Shown one piece after another: positions 36,836 through 50,013 of a stretch of 64,000 nucleotides of DNA (its first letter is position 1; each line of letters begins with the position of its first letter). The notes under the pieces were generated by a model. The model was not told the DNA's origin, did no database searches, and saw nothing but the letters and a program-made list of their open reading frames with translations. Source of the stretch: Gnetum montanum (lineage: Eukaryota; Plantae; Gnetophyta); contig MNCI01000520.1 in assembly GCA_015680685.1 (NCBI GenBank), forward strand, positions 960,176 through 1,024,175, given 5' to 3'. The position numbers and the translations under genes were made by a program.

Positions 36836-38330
36836 TGAAACACCACTAATTTCAGCCTAGCACTTTGAAATGAGAACGACTCAAGCCCTTTTGAATTTTC
36901 GAGAGGCAAAATTCGACCAAGGTAGGGAACTCATGCCTAGCTTGCTTGCTCACATTGTCAAGCTAGCTTTCCCTTAGTGTGAGTAACTCCAACCTTCAGA
37001 GACTCAAATTTTAGCATCAGCATCAAAAGGTGCAAATTTCCTCACTCACGTTGTCACTCACGCTGAGGACATGCTGGTAGCATGAGTAACTTTCCAAAAT
37101 TGACCTAATTTCCAAGGTGCAAGTCATTCTCAGGTCCATCCTTAACACCTTTAGGTCCTAGCCTTTAGAATTCTAGATCTTAGCTCAAAATTGCAAGTTT
37201 TCACAAGTGTTTGCAAGTCACGCGACAGGTCATGCTGTGGGTCACGCTGTAGTCACGCTACTACATGAGCCCAGCGTGAGCTACCATGAATGGCTTAAAA
37301 CAAGGTAATTTCAAGCTCAATTTGTCAATCATATTCAAGTAATCCTTACACTTCAAGAATCATGCTTCAAAAATTTCAAATTTTGGTGAAACATTGCAAC
37401 TCTTTGTTCACTCACGCTGAGGTCACGCTGCAGCGTGAGTGTAGCATGAGTGTAGCGTGTGCACGCCGAGGACACACTGTGACAAAATCAACTCAAGTTG
37501 GAAGTCCTGATCAGGTGGGGACTCCTTAAATAGCCACAAAGCCACTCGAATCGACATCCTATAGTAGTCAAGTCAAAAATCCAGAAGTTTCAAGTGAGCC
37601 AGAGTCGATTTCTCTTGTTATTTCATTATAGATTTTCATCATTTTTCATTCATCAAGCTCTTACGCTTCAAATTGTATGTGCCATGAGCGTAAGCTAGCT
37701 TAAGTGAGTTGTCACACATTGTAAGATACAATGCACCTAGTCCAAAACGTAGCTTGCTCATGCATGTCCAACTCACATACAGCTGTCCATCAGACACGTG
37801 TCACATGATCCGTTTTATTCTCATCTCTTAGCTATTGATTTCATTCATGAATTCCGTGCCTGAACCTGGCCAAACCTTATAAATACCCTATCAATTCACA
37901 TAAATGGGATTGGCAATTTTTGAGGTTGATGGCTTAGGAAGTGCTAACTAGTGACTTTGGATGCTTAGACATACTTGACCCTTAGCATCTGAGCACTTCT
38001 AAAACACATCACCCCAGGGCTTGGTGCTTGACCTACCATCTGCACGTGTAGCTACACTTTGACCAGTGCACACCCTTTCTAAGCAATACAATACAATTCA
38101 TTTTGCCAGCCATTACATTATTTACTTTTTTTTTACATTTGATTTATATTTTGTTTGCAATACTATTTCTATATACATTTCTTTTTGCATTTCTTGCGTA
38201 CTATTTACATTTTATTTTGCAAGCATACTATTCACATTTCAAACATTAGTTACGATAACCCCAGCAAAAGCCATAGTTTACGCTTGGGGAAGTCCTTATT
38301 TTACAAACTAAGTACTGATCACAGCTAGAA
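36836..38330 (+). repeat. Probable 5' LTR of element C (3' boundary and PBS not recognisable)
   Basis: TGAAACACC start, TATA context, and a T-rich U5-like segment resembling the A/B LTRs. No partner LTR lies in the window. Confidence 0.55.
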
Positions 38331-38693
38331 CGACTTATCTATCATCTCTGTTACTAATACCTCATGCAGTCAACTCATGTTATTTGTCAATGTCACACTA
38401 TTAGCTCATGTAGTCTGTTGGTCATGCTATAGTTGACTCATGTTGTAGCTTCTATTTGTTAAGTCATGCTATAGTGCTGATGTTGTTGGTCACGCTGCCA
38501 TCAATCGAGCTATTGTAGTTGCTCACGCTAAAGTTTTCACGCTATCTGTTAGTCACGCTGCACTGCAATGGGTCACGCTATAGTTGGTCATGCTACAGTT
38601 ACTCACATTCAACTCATCTAGCTCAGTTTACTCACGTTTATTATGGAATCCTCTAACTTTGGGGCTAAAACCTCGAACCCTATGACTACTACT

Positions 38694-40315
38694 TGAAACA
38701 TGCCAAAAACATTCGAAGTCATTCTTGCTTCACCAGGCGTTGTGATTCGCACAGCACCATGGAAGATCTTCGGGAGGAGAACGCTCTGAGTTCAGGCCGG
38801 CCAGTTTAGCAAATTTTCTACTTTAGGTAAAAATAGGCTCTACAGATCATCCCGCATGCCCACCTAAGTAGTATCCCAAGCTAAAAACCTGCTTAGAAAT
38901 GACACGTGGAGTTGGCAGCAGCATTCTAGATGCACAAAATAGTTTGGCAAGTTTTCTAAGTCATGAAGTCTGCTACGCTAGGCTACACCTCGCTATGTAG
39001 CGTAGCAAGCTTCAGAAGACGATTACAGAACAAAGTGTGATTCCATGCTACGCTACGTAACGTAGCATAGCATGACAACAACTTTACAGCCAATCCCTTC
39101 GCCCAACTTTAAGTCCTCAGAATGTCCCTTTGTGTCAAGAAGTGGTAGACCATGTCTGCTGCTACACTACGCTGAGCTACATGGCGTAGCAAGGCGTAGC
39201 AATCCTATGGAAGAGATAGAAAGTAGCTCAAAGGGTGGAATCAGCAAGTTTGCAAGTCTCGTGGAAGCAAAGTTTGCAAATTTACAAAGTTTTCATGACT
39301 AAGGCCAGTCGCTACGCTACACTACGCTATGTAGCGTAGCAAGCATGCAACACACATGTAGCAGAATGCACGACAAGGTGCTATGCTACGCCAAGCATGC
39401 TACGCTATAAAGCACAGTAGGGCATGCTGGTGGTTGTGCGACATCAATGCACTTCACCTAATTGGACCATTGGCACACGTCTCCAGACACTGATGGTGCA
39501 ATTACGGTGTGGCAAGCTCACAGTTATGGCATGGCAGACTTGCATTACAATAGTCATGCAAGTCCAACAGTCATGCATGGAACATGAAACACGAGCAAGT
39601 CAACATGGGCCCAAGGCATGTGGCATCCAAACCTCTCCTTTTGGGTGTTCTTGATCCTATAAATACCCTAACAAGTAGCATTCAAATGGTTCAAATTTTT
39701 CCAACAAGTAGCATTCAAAAGTTTGAAGATTTTTCGGATTCTTCGACTTTTCCTCTAGCACTCAAGTTCTCTTCTTGACACATTCTAACATCACGCATTG
39801 TAAGCTTTCTGTTTGACACTGCAAACATTTAGCATTTTCAGCTAGCATTTTGTCCCATCCCCCTTCTACCACCTTTGTAGAATCCCTGCATTTTCAGCAT
39901 CCAATTCCATGCCCAAGCACACAACCTATTTTTCTCTACACATCTGAGTTACTCTTAGGATCTCTGCACTCCACCACACTGTGCAACCGACTGTATCCAC
40001 CATGATAGAACAAAATTATAGCTTCGGAGTGGTGCATTTTTCTAACTGCATTTTACTTTTTTTTCTTACTTATTGTTGTGTGTTGCATTATTTTCTACTT
40101 TATTTACTTTCAAGCATTACTTCACATTTTCGTTCCTGTTTCAAAAATATATGTTGCAAAAGGCTATATAGATGCTGATTAATTCCTTGTATGGTTGACC
40201 AGACTGTTCAAGATGCCCCATATCTACACACACCTAGCACGGCCCTCCCACGGGTACGGGGTCGAAACTATCATGCCCACTGACCCCTCGGTGTGTTCCA
40301 ACTGCCAATGTTTTC
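38694..40315 (+). repeat. 5' LTR of element B (terminal ~16 nt deleted)
   Basis: TGAAACA start, direct repeat of 54745-56376, TATAAATACCC near 39658. Confidence 0.9.
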
Positions 40316-40333
40316 TGGCACTAGAAGGAGAGC
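40316..40333 (+). promoter_or_regulatory. Primer-binding site, tRNA-Asn type
   Basis: TGGCACTAGAAGGAGAGC. Confidence 0.8.
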
Positions 40334-40399
40334 CTTTTGGTGCCTTTTCTGTGTGTCACAATAGTTCTATGAGCCTTCTACACCCTGATACACATAAGT

Positions 40400-41030
40400 G
40401 TAAATGTGACATCCTTTCGTGGTTGTTTGCGCTTTGTGCAGTGCAGATCAGTCACCTTGATGATTCCTCAGAATCCCTACAAAACACAAGGCCTCCAATC
40501 GCTAGCTAACTAGCTCATCTTATAGTAGTCTTGCATGCATTCTGTACCCCATCTCGTGTGGTACAGAGTGGTGCTTCAACGGTTCCTTGGGGATCCTGCA
40601 AGATGCAAAGCCTTCTTGACCACTAGTTAGCTTTTCCATATTATGGTAGTCTTGTAGGCATTTTGTACTCCATCGTGTATGGTATAGAGTGGTCACCTCG
40701 ACAGTGCCTCTGGGATCCTGTGAGATACAAAACCTTTGATCGCTAGTTAGCCTGCCCATCCTATGGTAGTCTTGCATGAGTTCTGTACCCTATCTCGTGT
40801 GGTACAGGTCAGTCACTTCGACGATTCCTCTGGAACCCTACAAGACATAAAGCCTTCTTGATTGCCAGTTAACTAAAGTTGTCTTATGGTAGTCTTGCAT
40901 GTGCTCTATACCTCATTGCACATTTGCATAAATGTGATACCCTTTCGCAATTGTTTACGCTTTGTGTGGTACAGATCAGTCGCCTCGACGGTTCCTTTGG
41001 AATCCGGCAAGACGTAAAGCCTTCTTTTTG
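40400..41030 (+). repeat. 5'-UTR tandem array of element B
   Basis: Recurring TATGGTAGTCTTGCATG...TGGTACAG...GGGATCC units. Confidence 0.85.
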
Positions 41031-41095
41031 TTGCTTTTCAGTCTCTTTGTTCTTTTGGCACTTTTGCACTTTTTTGCATAACTACTTGGTTAACA

Positions 41096-44000
41096 ATGGC
41101 CTTTTCAACTACTGCTACCAATGCCTTCAACGTGGAAGTTCCCTTCAACATCGAAGTCCCCATCATAGTTCAAGGCACTACTAGTGCCAAACAACCATTG
41201 AATCCAACACTGGAGGCACGTCGATCTCTTAGGATAAAAAATCGAGGACCTAAGGGATTGGTCCAGCAACAAGACCATTATTGTTTCCTCTGTGAAAAGG
41301 TGCAGGCCAACCTGCCCTTGGACGTACACAAACTTGAGGACAAGCATAGCTTCGAGTTCGCTTACTACAACGGGAAGAAATTTGTTCCGATTCTTGGTGT
41401 TTCTTTATCTTTAACACAAGTGTATCAAAGGCTTCTAGACCAACTAATCCAATTGGCTAGGCTTAGGGAGCAATAGGATACAACGTCCAACCAAGATGAT
41501 GCTTTCCAAGATAGGCAGGAGGAACTCCATTCACAATCAGACTAGGGAGGTCCAACCAGCCCCACTCCTGTCCCTCCTACTCAGTCCTTCTGGGCCAAGC
41601 CATTGTCTGTTACCACTCCCTTTGTAATTATGCCTATGCTTCCGCAACCTATGATTATAGCTGCTATGGGTAGCCATGTCAATCTTGTAGCACTTCCACG
41701 CCCACTTTCTCCTATCTTGCCTATTTCATTTGCAGCTACTATCCCTTTGCAGGCTATTCAGCAACCCATTCCTATGGCACATAACACGCCAACCATGGCT
41801 ACCCTTCCACATGTTCATGCCATACCAACTTCACAAACATATGCAACTTCTACCTCTATTCCTACATTCACATCTATTCCACCCACTGTGGCGGGTCCTG
41901 GCCCATCCACATGGTGGGTCCCATTTTTTCTCTACCTATTTCACAACCATCACAAATGTCTCATTACATGCACTCTCAAATACACCAAGCCTCGTAGTCG
42001 ACACCGCCTAACATGGGGCTATGGTCTACGTTGCCAGTGACACAAGTAGTCTACCCGGCAGCCCAACCTATGGTTGTCGCCTTAACAACAGCACCTACCA
42101 GGTGGTGGACAACATAGGCAGCACCGCTCGTGGGGGTCATCCCGATAGTACTGCCTATGAGCCTATGGGTCAAGTCTCCACTCCAGCCATACCATAGGTG
42201 GGAGCTATCCTCGTAGCTCCCCAATCATTTACAATGTCACTGGGTCTGGACCAAGTGTTTCAGCTCATCCAGACCGTCACTGAGGAAATAAAATGCCTCA
42301 AAGCTGTTGGGTCTGACATGGTACAAGTCATGGACTTTTACCAAGATGACCCTGTCTGCCCTGCAATCCCTGCTTTAATGTTACCCCTAGGGATTTCTCT
42401 CCCGCACTTCACGAAGTATGATGGGGAGGGAGATCCCAACACGCATCTTGTTACTTTCACGTCTAAATCTTTGCTATTGCAATAATGGTCACACATGATC
42501 ATTCATGTCTTCACCATGTCCCTAGCTGGGAAAGCCCTAGATTGGTACTGTGCATTGTCATGCTCATTCATTTCAACTTTGGAAGAGCTCCTGACCTAGT
42601 TCATGACATGCTTCAAGTACAAATTGAAGCTAAAAACCATGCTGGATCAGTTGATGAGCGTGAAGCAAGACCTGCTAGAACCAATCCAAAAGTTCATTTA
42701 ATGTTGGAGCACAACCCTTAATGAAATCCGCAAGCCCATCGCAGAGGCCCACTTGCTGGTCATCTTTAAGGGTGCAGTGAATGAATTCATCAAGTCCAAA
42801 CTGTACTACCTCGCTCCTCGCTCTCTTAGTCAGGCTTTCACTCAGACTAAGAGCATACAGGATGTGGCTGAGGCAAGCAAATACCTAGCCTACATCACCT
42901 ACAAAAATACCTTCACAAGAAAGGACAAGGGTAAGGCCCAACAACCACAGTGGCCACTGTGGCAACCAAGGCCAAGCCCAACCCTAGTAGTAGCGGTAGC
43001 AAGAATAACTAGAAACTAGCCATACCCACAGCTAACCCTGCACCCAAACAGGGCCACATGCCACAACCTGCTACACCTACGCCCAAGACATCTGTGCAAC
43101 CCAAACCCAACTTTGAGCACAAAGACCGCTCAAAGTACACCCCATTGCCTCTAAATCCTTCAAAGCTTCTAAAGAAACTGCTAGCAGTGGGATACATCCA
43201 ACATAAGTAGATGTTAGAAGAGGCAAACGCGAGACATCAACGCTACTGCGAGCTCCTTAGGAATCCCTCTTTGGCCCTGCCCAATGAGCCTCCAGTTCCT
43301 AGGGGTTTCATGCTAGACAAGTTTTGTGACTACCACCAATAGTGTGGTCACAACACGGATTATTGTCTGGCGTTGCAGGATGGCATCCAAAGATTAATCG
43401 ACCAGGGAAAACTGGTGCTAGACCAAAGCAACCCAGTATGCCCTGAAAACCAATCTATGTATGTCTACACGGATCCCCTCAATGCCAACAATGTTGATTA
43501 TGTCATCAACACTATCAGAATTGACAGTGATCCCAAGCCACCCCAATAGCCATTCGTGGTCTGTGTGCCTCAGCATAGTGCACCAGCACCACTAGCGATT
43601 GGTCCAAGCTCACAGCAGCCGCTAATCCTAAAAGTCCCACCACGAGCATCCACCTTTGCATCACCTATTAGGGAAGCCATGTGGTCTCGTCAGTTAACAC
43701 CTTTATCTCCATTCATCATCAGGGGCTCAACGCATTCAACGGCCCCTATCTCGCACAACAAAGCTGAACAGCCTCCTCACCTCATAAGGTAAGAAGTCCA
43801 CTTGGTGGGCGAGACGTCAAAGGGAAGTATCGTTAAGGATATCCCCAAGCCTATGTCTTCATCCCTTTCATTTGCACCTTCACCCCCAAAGACAAAGGTT
43901 GACATGACTATGCAGCCTACATCACCCTACCAACAAGGATCTGAACCTAGATACAAAGTCACCTCTCCTTGGGAGATTCGTATTCTAGAATGAATCAAAG

Positions 44001-44930
44001 AGGAGGAAAGTGTCAAACAAGGGGGCAGCCAAGACCTTCTAGATGCCCTCACCCAGGTCAAGTAATCTCTAAAGTAGAAAAATACTACATTGAGCTTGTA
44101 CAACCTAATTATGACATCTGTATCCCACCGTGAGGCTCTAATCTACATGTTAACAGTGGTTTCGATCGACGAGAACATGCCAGTGGAAGATGAAGCGATC
44201 CATTCGGTTATGCTTCCCTCCATACCCATGGAGTCCATGACACCTTAATTAAATTTTAGTAACGATGCCATTAGGGAAGATCCTGAAGGGGTTCAGGTAA
44301 CTATGGTGCCTCTCTTCATCATAATTCGAGTTGGCCAACACTGGATCTGAAGGGTACACGTTGATGATGAGGCTACCACAAACATCATTCCCTTCCCTAT
44401 TGTGGAAAAGTTGGGATATGTTGACCAAATCAAACCCACAATGACATCGTGTCTGAGGTCCTTTAATGGGGCACACATCCTGGTGAAAGGCACAATTCAT
44501 GTAGACTTCGTAGCAGGGGACCCGTTTCCCACAGACGCAATGTTCATCATGGTCGAGGAAATGTCTGGGTTTAACCTGATCTTGGGAAGATCATGGTTAG
44601 CGCAACTTAGGACTGTCTCCTCGCCTATACACTAGGAAATTCACTTACCATATATAGGTAGGGAGGTGGTAATATATGGCGATCAGTAACATATACATGG
44701 AGCAGGGCTCAAAGGTCACAACCTCCAAGAGTGAGGCGCCTGCTCACACATGCATTAACCATCCAATGGAAGGATCAGCCCAGTGAGTTGACTCCCAAAT
44801 CAAAAACGCATGGGCTGAGTTTCCCTTCCAAGCGATGGATGATGATGTGAATGAGAGCCTTGGCAAAACACCTCAGCCTTATGCTCTGATCAACCCATGA
44901 TGTCAAGAGGTAGCTACACATAGCGTAGCA
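41096..44930 (+). pseudogene. gag: gag and aspartic protease of element B
   Basis: MAFSTTATNAF, KYDGEGDPNTHL, FCDYHQ*CGHNTDYC, RVHVDDEA, FNLILGRSWL. Confidence 0.9.
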
Positions 44931-45009
44931 ACCCTACTGCTTCCTACCCAGTTACCATCCCTTGTACATTCGCCACTTCTTTTCTTTGTTAACATGTCGT
45001 CCTTTTGGC

Positions 45010-45320
45010 ATGCTACACTATGGCCCAAAATGGCCTAAAACTAGCATCGTTGCTTTTTTCTTTGTTAACATGCCATCCTTCTAGCATGCTACGCTACGAC
45101 CCGAAATGGCCTAAAACTAGGATCATCACTTTTTGCTTTGTTAACGTCTATCTCTTTTGGTAATGGTCTGAAATGGCCTAAACTAGCATTTTTTATTTTC
45201 ACTTTATTAACATATAATCCTTCTAGCATGTTAGAAAATGGCCCAAAATGGCCTAAAAACTGGCAATGGCCCAAAACGGCCTAAAACTAGCAGTGGCCCA
45301 AAATGGCCTAAAACTAAGCA
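45010..45320. repeat. GGCCCAAAATGGCCTAAAACTAGCA-type tandem repeats
   Basis: About 6 copies; homologous to 22680-22870. Confidence 0.85.
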
Positions 45321-45471
45321 TATGAAAGCATGAAAACTTTACATGATACACAAGTTAACGCAAAATTGATTTCTTTTCTAAGGTCTTTCATTTTATTCAA
45401 AAATTTCACCTCTTGGCAATGTTTGTGAAACATTTCAAAATTTCAAAAATTTTAAAAAAAATCCCATGCTA

Positions 45472-48400
45472 TCATGGATTGTCTCTATTTGCATCATTTT
45501 CGCCGCTCGCCTCCACTTCATTTGCTTATGCATCATCCTCCCCTGCGTTTCCTTCTATCGGTTCTTCATTCCCTCCCTCTATGGGCCTTGCACCCTCATC
45601 TGGAGCCTGCATCATAGGAATGAAGTAGTTAGTTAGGGCAACAAACACAAACTATAGCATAGCATGAGCATCTACACAGTAAAGCAACTAACTTGAGAGG
45701 GGCCTACGTCGATCTCAAAGGGTATCTGATCTAGACTGAGCATGAGGCGATACTAGACCTCCTCTATCATGATGTTCATCCAACACTTGTTTCTAGATTC
45801 AACATTCACAGTAGTGGCTCTCTCCCTTTCCACAGTCGTCCATCTTAGAGGTCCCAGAGAAAGGGAGGGAGTTGCGGTCTATCTTGTAGGAAGGTCCACT
45901 TTCAAGTTAGGAGATTCCGTAATCTTTACCTGCTCTTTGAACTTAGCGTAGGCCTCAGAAGTTTCAATGGCATTCACAAATGCTTCATACATGAATGCCT
46001 CCACAACAGCACCTTTGTACACTTTTTGATGGGTTTCATTCTCCATCTTGTACATATGTTTGTGGTTTCTCTGGGTTCGCCCCCATTCAAAAACTGTGGT
46101 GCTAATATCTTTCATTTCTTGACACTTCTGGGCTAGCAAGTCCATCTGCATTTGTTGTTCGATTATCTCACAAGTGGATTCAATGTTCTGACGAACGATA
46201 GTCCAAAATATGGCGTAGTCGTCTATGGCCTTGCGATAGTCCTCAGCATCAGGGTTACGGGTTACAAGGAACTCGTTCTTTGAATTGAGATCCTCCACCT
46301 CAGTGACTAGATCAGCCTCTCTCTACTTAGCCCTTTGGACCCATTTCCATAGGTCCTAGTTGAAGTGCTTATACTCCCACAGAGAGTGTGTTGAGTGCAA
46401 GATGCACTTGTAAGCCTCATTGAACATGCAATGAGGCACCTCGGTCACATCAGGTGAAAGTGTAGGCATGACGCCAACTTTCATAGGTGGTGCTGGGTCC
46501 CATTTGAGCCAAGAGGCTGCCACAACATGAAGAGCATAGCAATCATGTTAGCATAGCAAAATCAACAAACTCAAAATTCTTTAGCATAACAACATAAGGG
46601 AATTTAGTACTACTACTTACCCACATCAGGGTCCGCCTACTAAAGGTGTTTGATCATGTCATTGACAAGTCCCTGCATGAATGTAAACTTGTCACGGATC
46701 TCAGTCCATGACTCCTCACAAATTAGAGGGGGTCCTACGACATCAGTAGTAGCACCTGTTACATGACTAAGCATATTAGCAATGGCCAAAATGGACTACA
46801 ATAAGGTAGACATATCGCCAAACTCACTAGTGTCCGACTATGATCTTTCTTCTTGCCGATGCAAGACAATGGTGGTAGCCTTGGTGGAGGACCTTGCCAA
46901 GTCCCTACGGGCCCTTTCCCCATGCACTAGTGCCTTTCCTTTCAGGAGACCAGCATCTTTTTTATTCAAGTAAGGTGCCTCTTCGTTGATAGAAGGCTCC
47001 CTAATGACAAGAGCCCCTACCCTAGAGACAGGAGCTCCCTTATTCCTAACCAGAGCCCTTTCCTTCAAGACTGGGGCCTTCGTATCATCATTCATCACCC
47101 TCGTCTTAAGGGCCAACACTTCTTCATCATCATCATCTTCTTCTTCTTCTTCCTCTGCTAGTAAAGAAGCATGTTTGTGTTGGTGTAAAACAAATTAGCT
47201 CAAAGTAGATGCTACACTACGCTACACCACCTAGAACAGCATAACGTAGCAAACAATAACAAAGTAAGCATTACACGAAAAGTGTTTACCAATGGGGGTT
47301 TGCATCCTCTATAGCTTAAGCTGCAAGTCTTCATCCCTCCTCTTCCTCCACATGAAGGGTTTACCTAGCTAAGGGAGATTTCTTCCTTCACAACTCCTTG
47401 GGCATAGTCTCGACTATGAGATGTTTTCCCTGCATCATGCTACTAGCTATAGCAGGGGGCATCTCTCCTACACTATCTTGGCCATGAATGCTGAGAGCCA
47501 CCCAATCCTTGATCGTTACTGACAAAGACTCCTCAATTATTTTTGGGGGACCTTAGGCTCGTGTGCTCTAGAGGATTTGTTGAACCCATGACTTGGAAAT
47601 CTAGTTGCGAGCCCAGACTCCATCCTATTGAACCACTAGAAACTCCATGAAGCACTTCAAATAACCTATGTAGAAGGCATAGTGTATGTTGGAGCAAGAC
47701 TCCATTTTTTCACAGAGTCCCAAAATCTCAGCCTACAATCCCATACATAGGAAGCTGGCCTAGTTGTAATGGGTCCCTTCTTCCATAACCTCCCACATTA
47801 TCCAAGCCTGCTCAAGCCCCAGGACCTTCCCTTAGGTGAGCAATTGGGGGAATTCATAGGCATGGAAGAGTGGGTGAATCTCCATGATGGGTTCATCCTT
47901 GAGCTTATCCATGGGAAGCCCTTTTCACTTCTTAACGAGCCCCAACCACTCCTCGATATCCTTCTTCAGAAGGATCAACTCCTACTTGCACTTTGACCCT
48001 ATGGAGACGTCATCAGTAGGAACACCAATTAAGTCCATAAACAGCTAGCCATTAATTTCAATGATCACCCCCATGCCCCATACGTGCGTGCAATAACAGC
48101 CCATCCTCTTAGAGAAGGAGTTGACCATGGAAAGCATCTAGGTAGCAGGAACGCTCAGATTTGGCACCACAAATAGATCCATAAGCTCCACCTTTTGGAA
48201 GTTCTTGACCAAGGAGTCCCAAGCCCCCTAGTCTAACTAGCACTGGCTCACTGCTACTTTTCCATATTTGAAGTAGATGTTTGCCCCTGCATCTCGGTGG
48301 TTACCACCGTCACTTCCTAGGGCTTCTTCGCTTGTGCAAAAATTTTCACAAAACACGCTTAACATGATGATGCAATAAATACAAGGATTGCAAAAACACT

Positions 48401-49887
48401 TGATCATGCAACACTTACTGTTTGAACCACCAGGTCTATATGGTAACAAGAACAGCAGGAGTTCAACCATAGCTTCTTCAACCATGATCGGCTTGAAGGG
48501 TTATGCCCACTTCTTATCCATCCAACCCTTCTCCTTACACTAATTGTAGGGAACATAAAATGTGCTTGGGTAGGTGTGGTATTCTCCCCCACACTGATCA
48601 ATCACACTCACCCGTAGGCTCTTAGCAGAAGTGAAATCCTATAGGGCTAGCTGTGCTATAGCCAGCAAACCTAATTAGTCGTGAACCCCATCATCATTGA
48701 TAAAGAACCTAGTGACAAACACATACTGTCAGCATTCGATCAATATAGCCAGTGTTACACAACACACCGAAGTAAGGCTACAAAACTCACCCACCAGTAC
48801 AATAGACAATCCCTTGTGGGTTCTGAAAGCATGTCACCATGTAATGTGCAAGGAACAATGTGTTGTACTAGTGGTAGTAGCTGTATTTAAGCGTGTCCAA
48901 GATCTAGGCTAAACACATTAACCCTATTGAGCATTGGCTAGATCCCTCTCCCTGCCTGCTCATGATTGCCCCATCGGTAAAAAACCTCGGAATGCCCTGA
49001 CTTGCCCTAGGTAACATGGCTTCTGTTATGCCGGATGCCTCCTTCTCCTCTAGGGAAGACCAAACAATCACACTAAAGTGATCAAGAAGTAATTGCAAGA
49101 AGTTTTATGCCCCTTCTCTGAACCAGATCCCTCGCTCTTTCATATGTATCTGGGGAGGAGGGGCGTTGGCGATAGGTCTACTCACATGGTACAAAACCCC
49201 TCTAATGTTTAAAATGATCAGCCTGGGCCTCGGCCCCGCCCTGCATGACACAATTAGTCAATGTTGGCATCATACTTAAAGGTAATACACGCACAATGTA
49301 GTAATGTCTAGCAGTCCATGTATATACCGTAGCATAACCCTCTGCCCGTACATAGCGTAGCAAGGACATGAAAGCCTAGCATAGCAAGAACATGCGAATA
49401 AGCCTAGCATAGCAAAAAAATAATTGACAACATGCTCTAATAAAACACATGTCACGTTGCTGTATCACACATGGCCTAGCCCTCTCGAGGATTTTACATT
49501 ATGGCATGCTAGGACCAAGCAACTTAAACTGCCCCAAACCCCGTAGTTATGACAACCACGGCAGTGGCGGTTTCAATGGCCTTGCATAAAACCACGATGT
49601 AACATTTATGCATCTGCCACGATCGAAATGGTGATAGCGGTGATGCAAAGGCTAAAATGACGCAACCATAGAAAACACAAGTAGCCAAGAATGGACGCAA
49701 AACAAATAGGAGGCAAAACAAGAGCAGAAAACAATAGAAAGCGCAAAATGAAAAGCGAAGGAGACATAGTAACCTACTGGGTCAACGGTGTGCTCTTCCA
49801 TGCCATAATGCATGCTTGCAATGCATACCCCAGGGTCTTCTTCACCTCCTCAACCCTTTTAAGTGCCAAATGAGTGTTAGGAGCCAT
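45472..49887 (-). pseudogene. Antisense multi-exon gene inside element B (counterpart of 18083-22489)
   Basis: ACAATGGC start at 49887; introns 48709-48790, 47158-47289, 46756-46827, 46517-46620 and 45607-45692; TGA at 45472-45474. Confidence 0.8.
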
Positions 49888-50013
49888 TGTTCTACTTACA
49901 GATTTACACCTTTCGCTGTAGAAACTCACCTTGCAAATTTTTGTTACACACAATCTCTATCAACAGATGCCTTTTAACTAGGCTTCATCTTATGATGGTA
50001 GGTCAAGAAAGAG

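Noticed and set aside
36824-36836. GGGGTGCCTAT as a PPT, making 36836 a 3' LTR
   Set aside because: It is a poor purine tract, no integrase lies upstream, and gag follows downstream.
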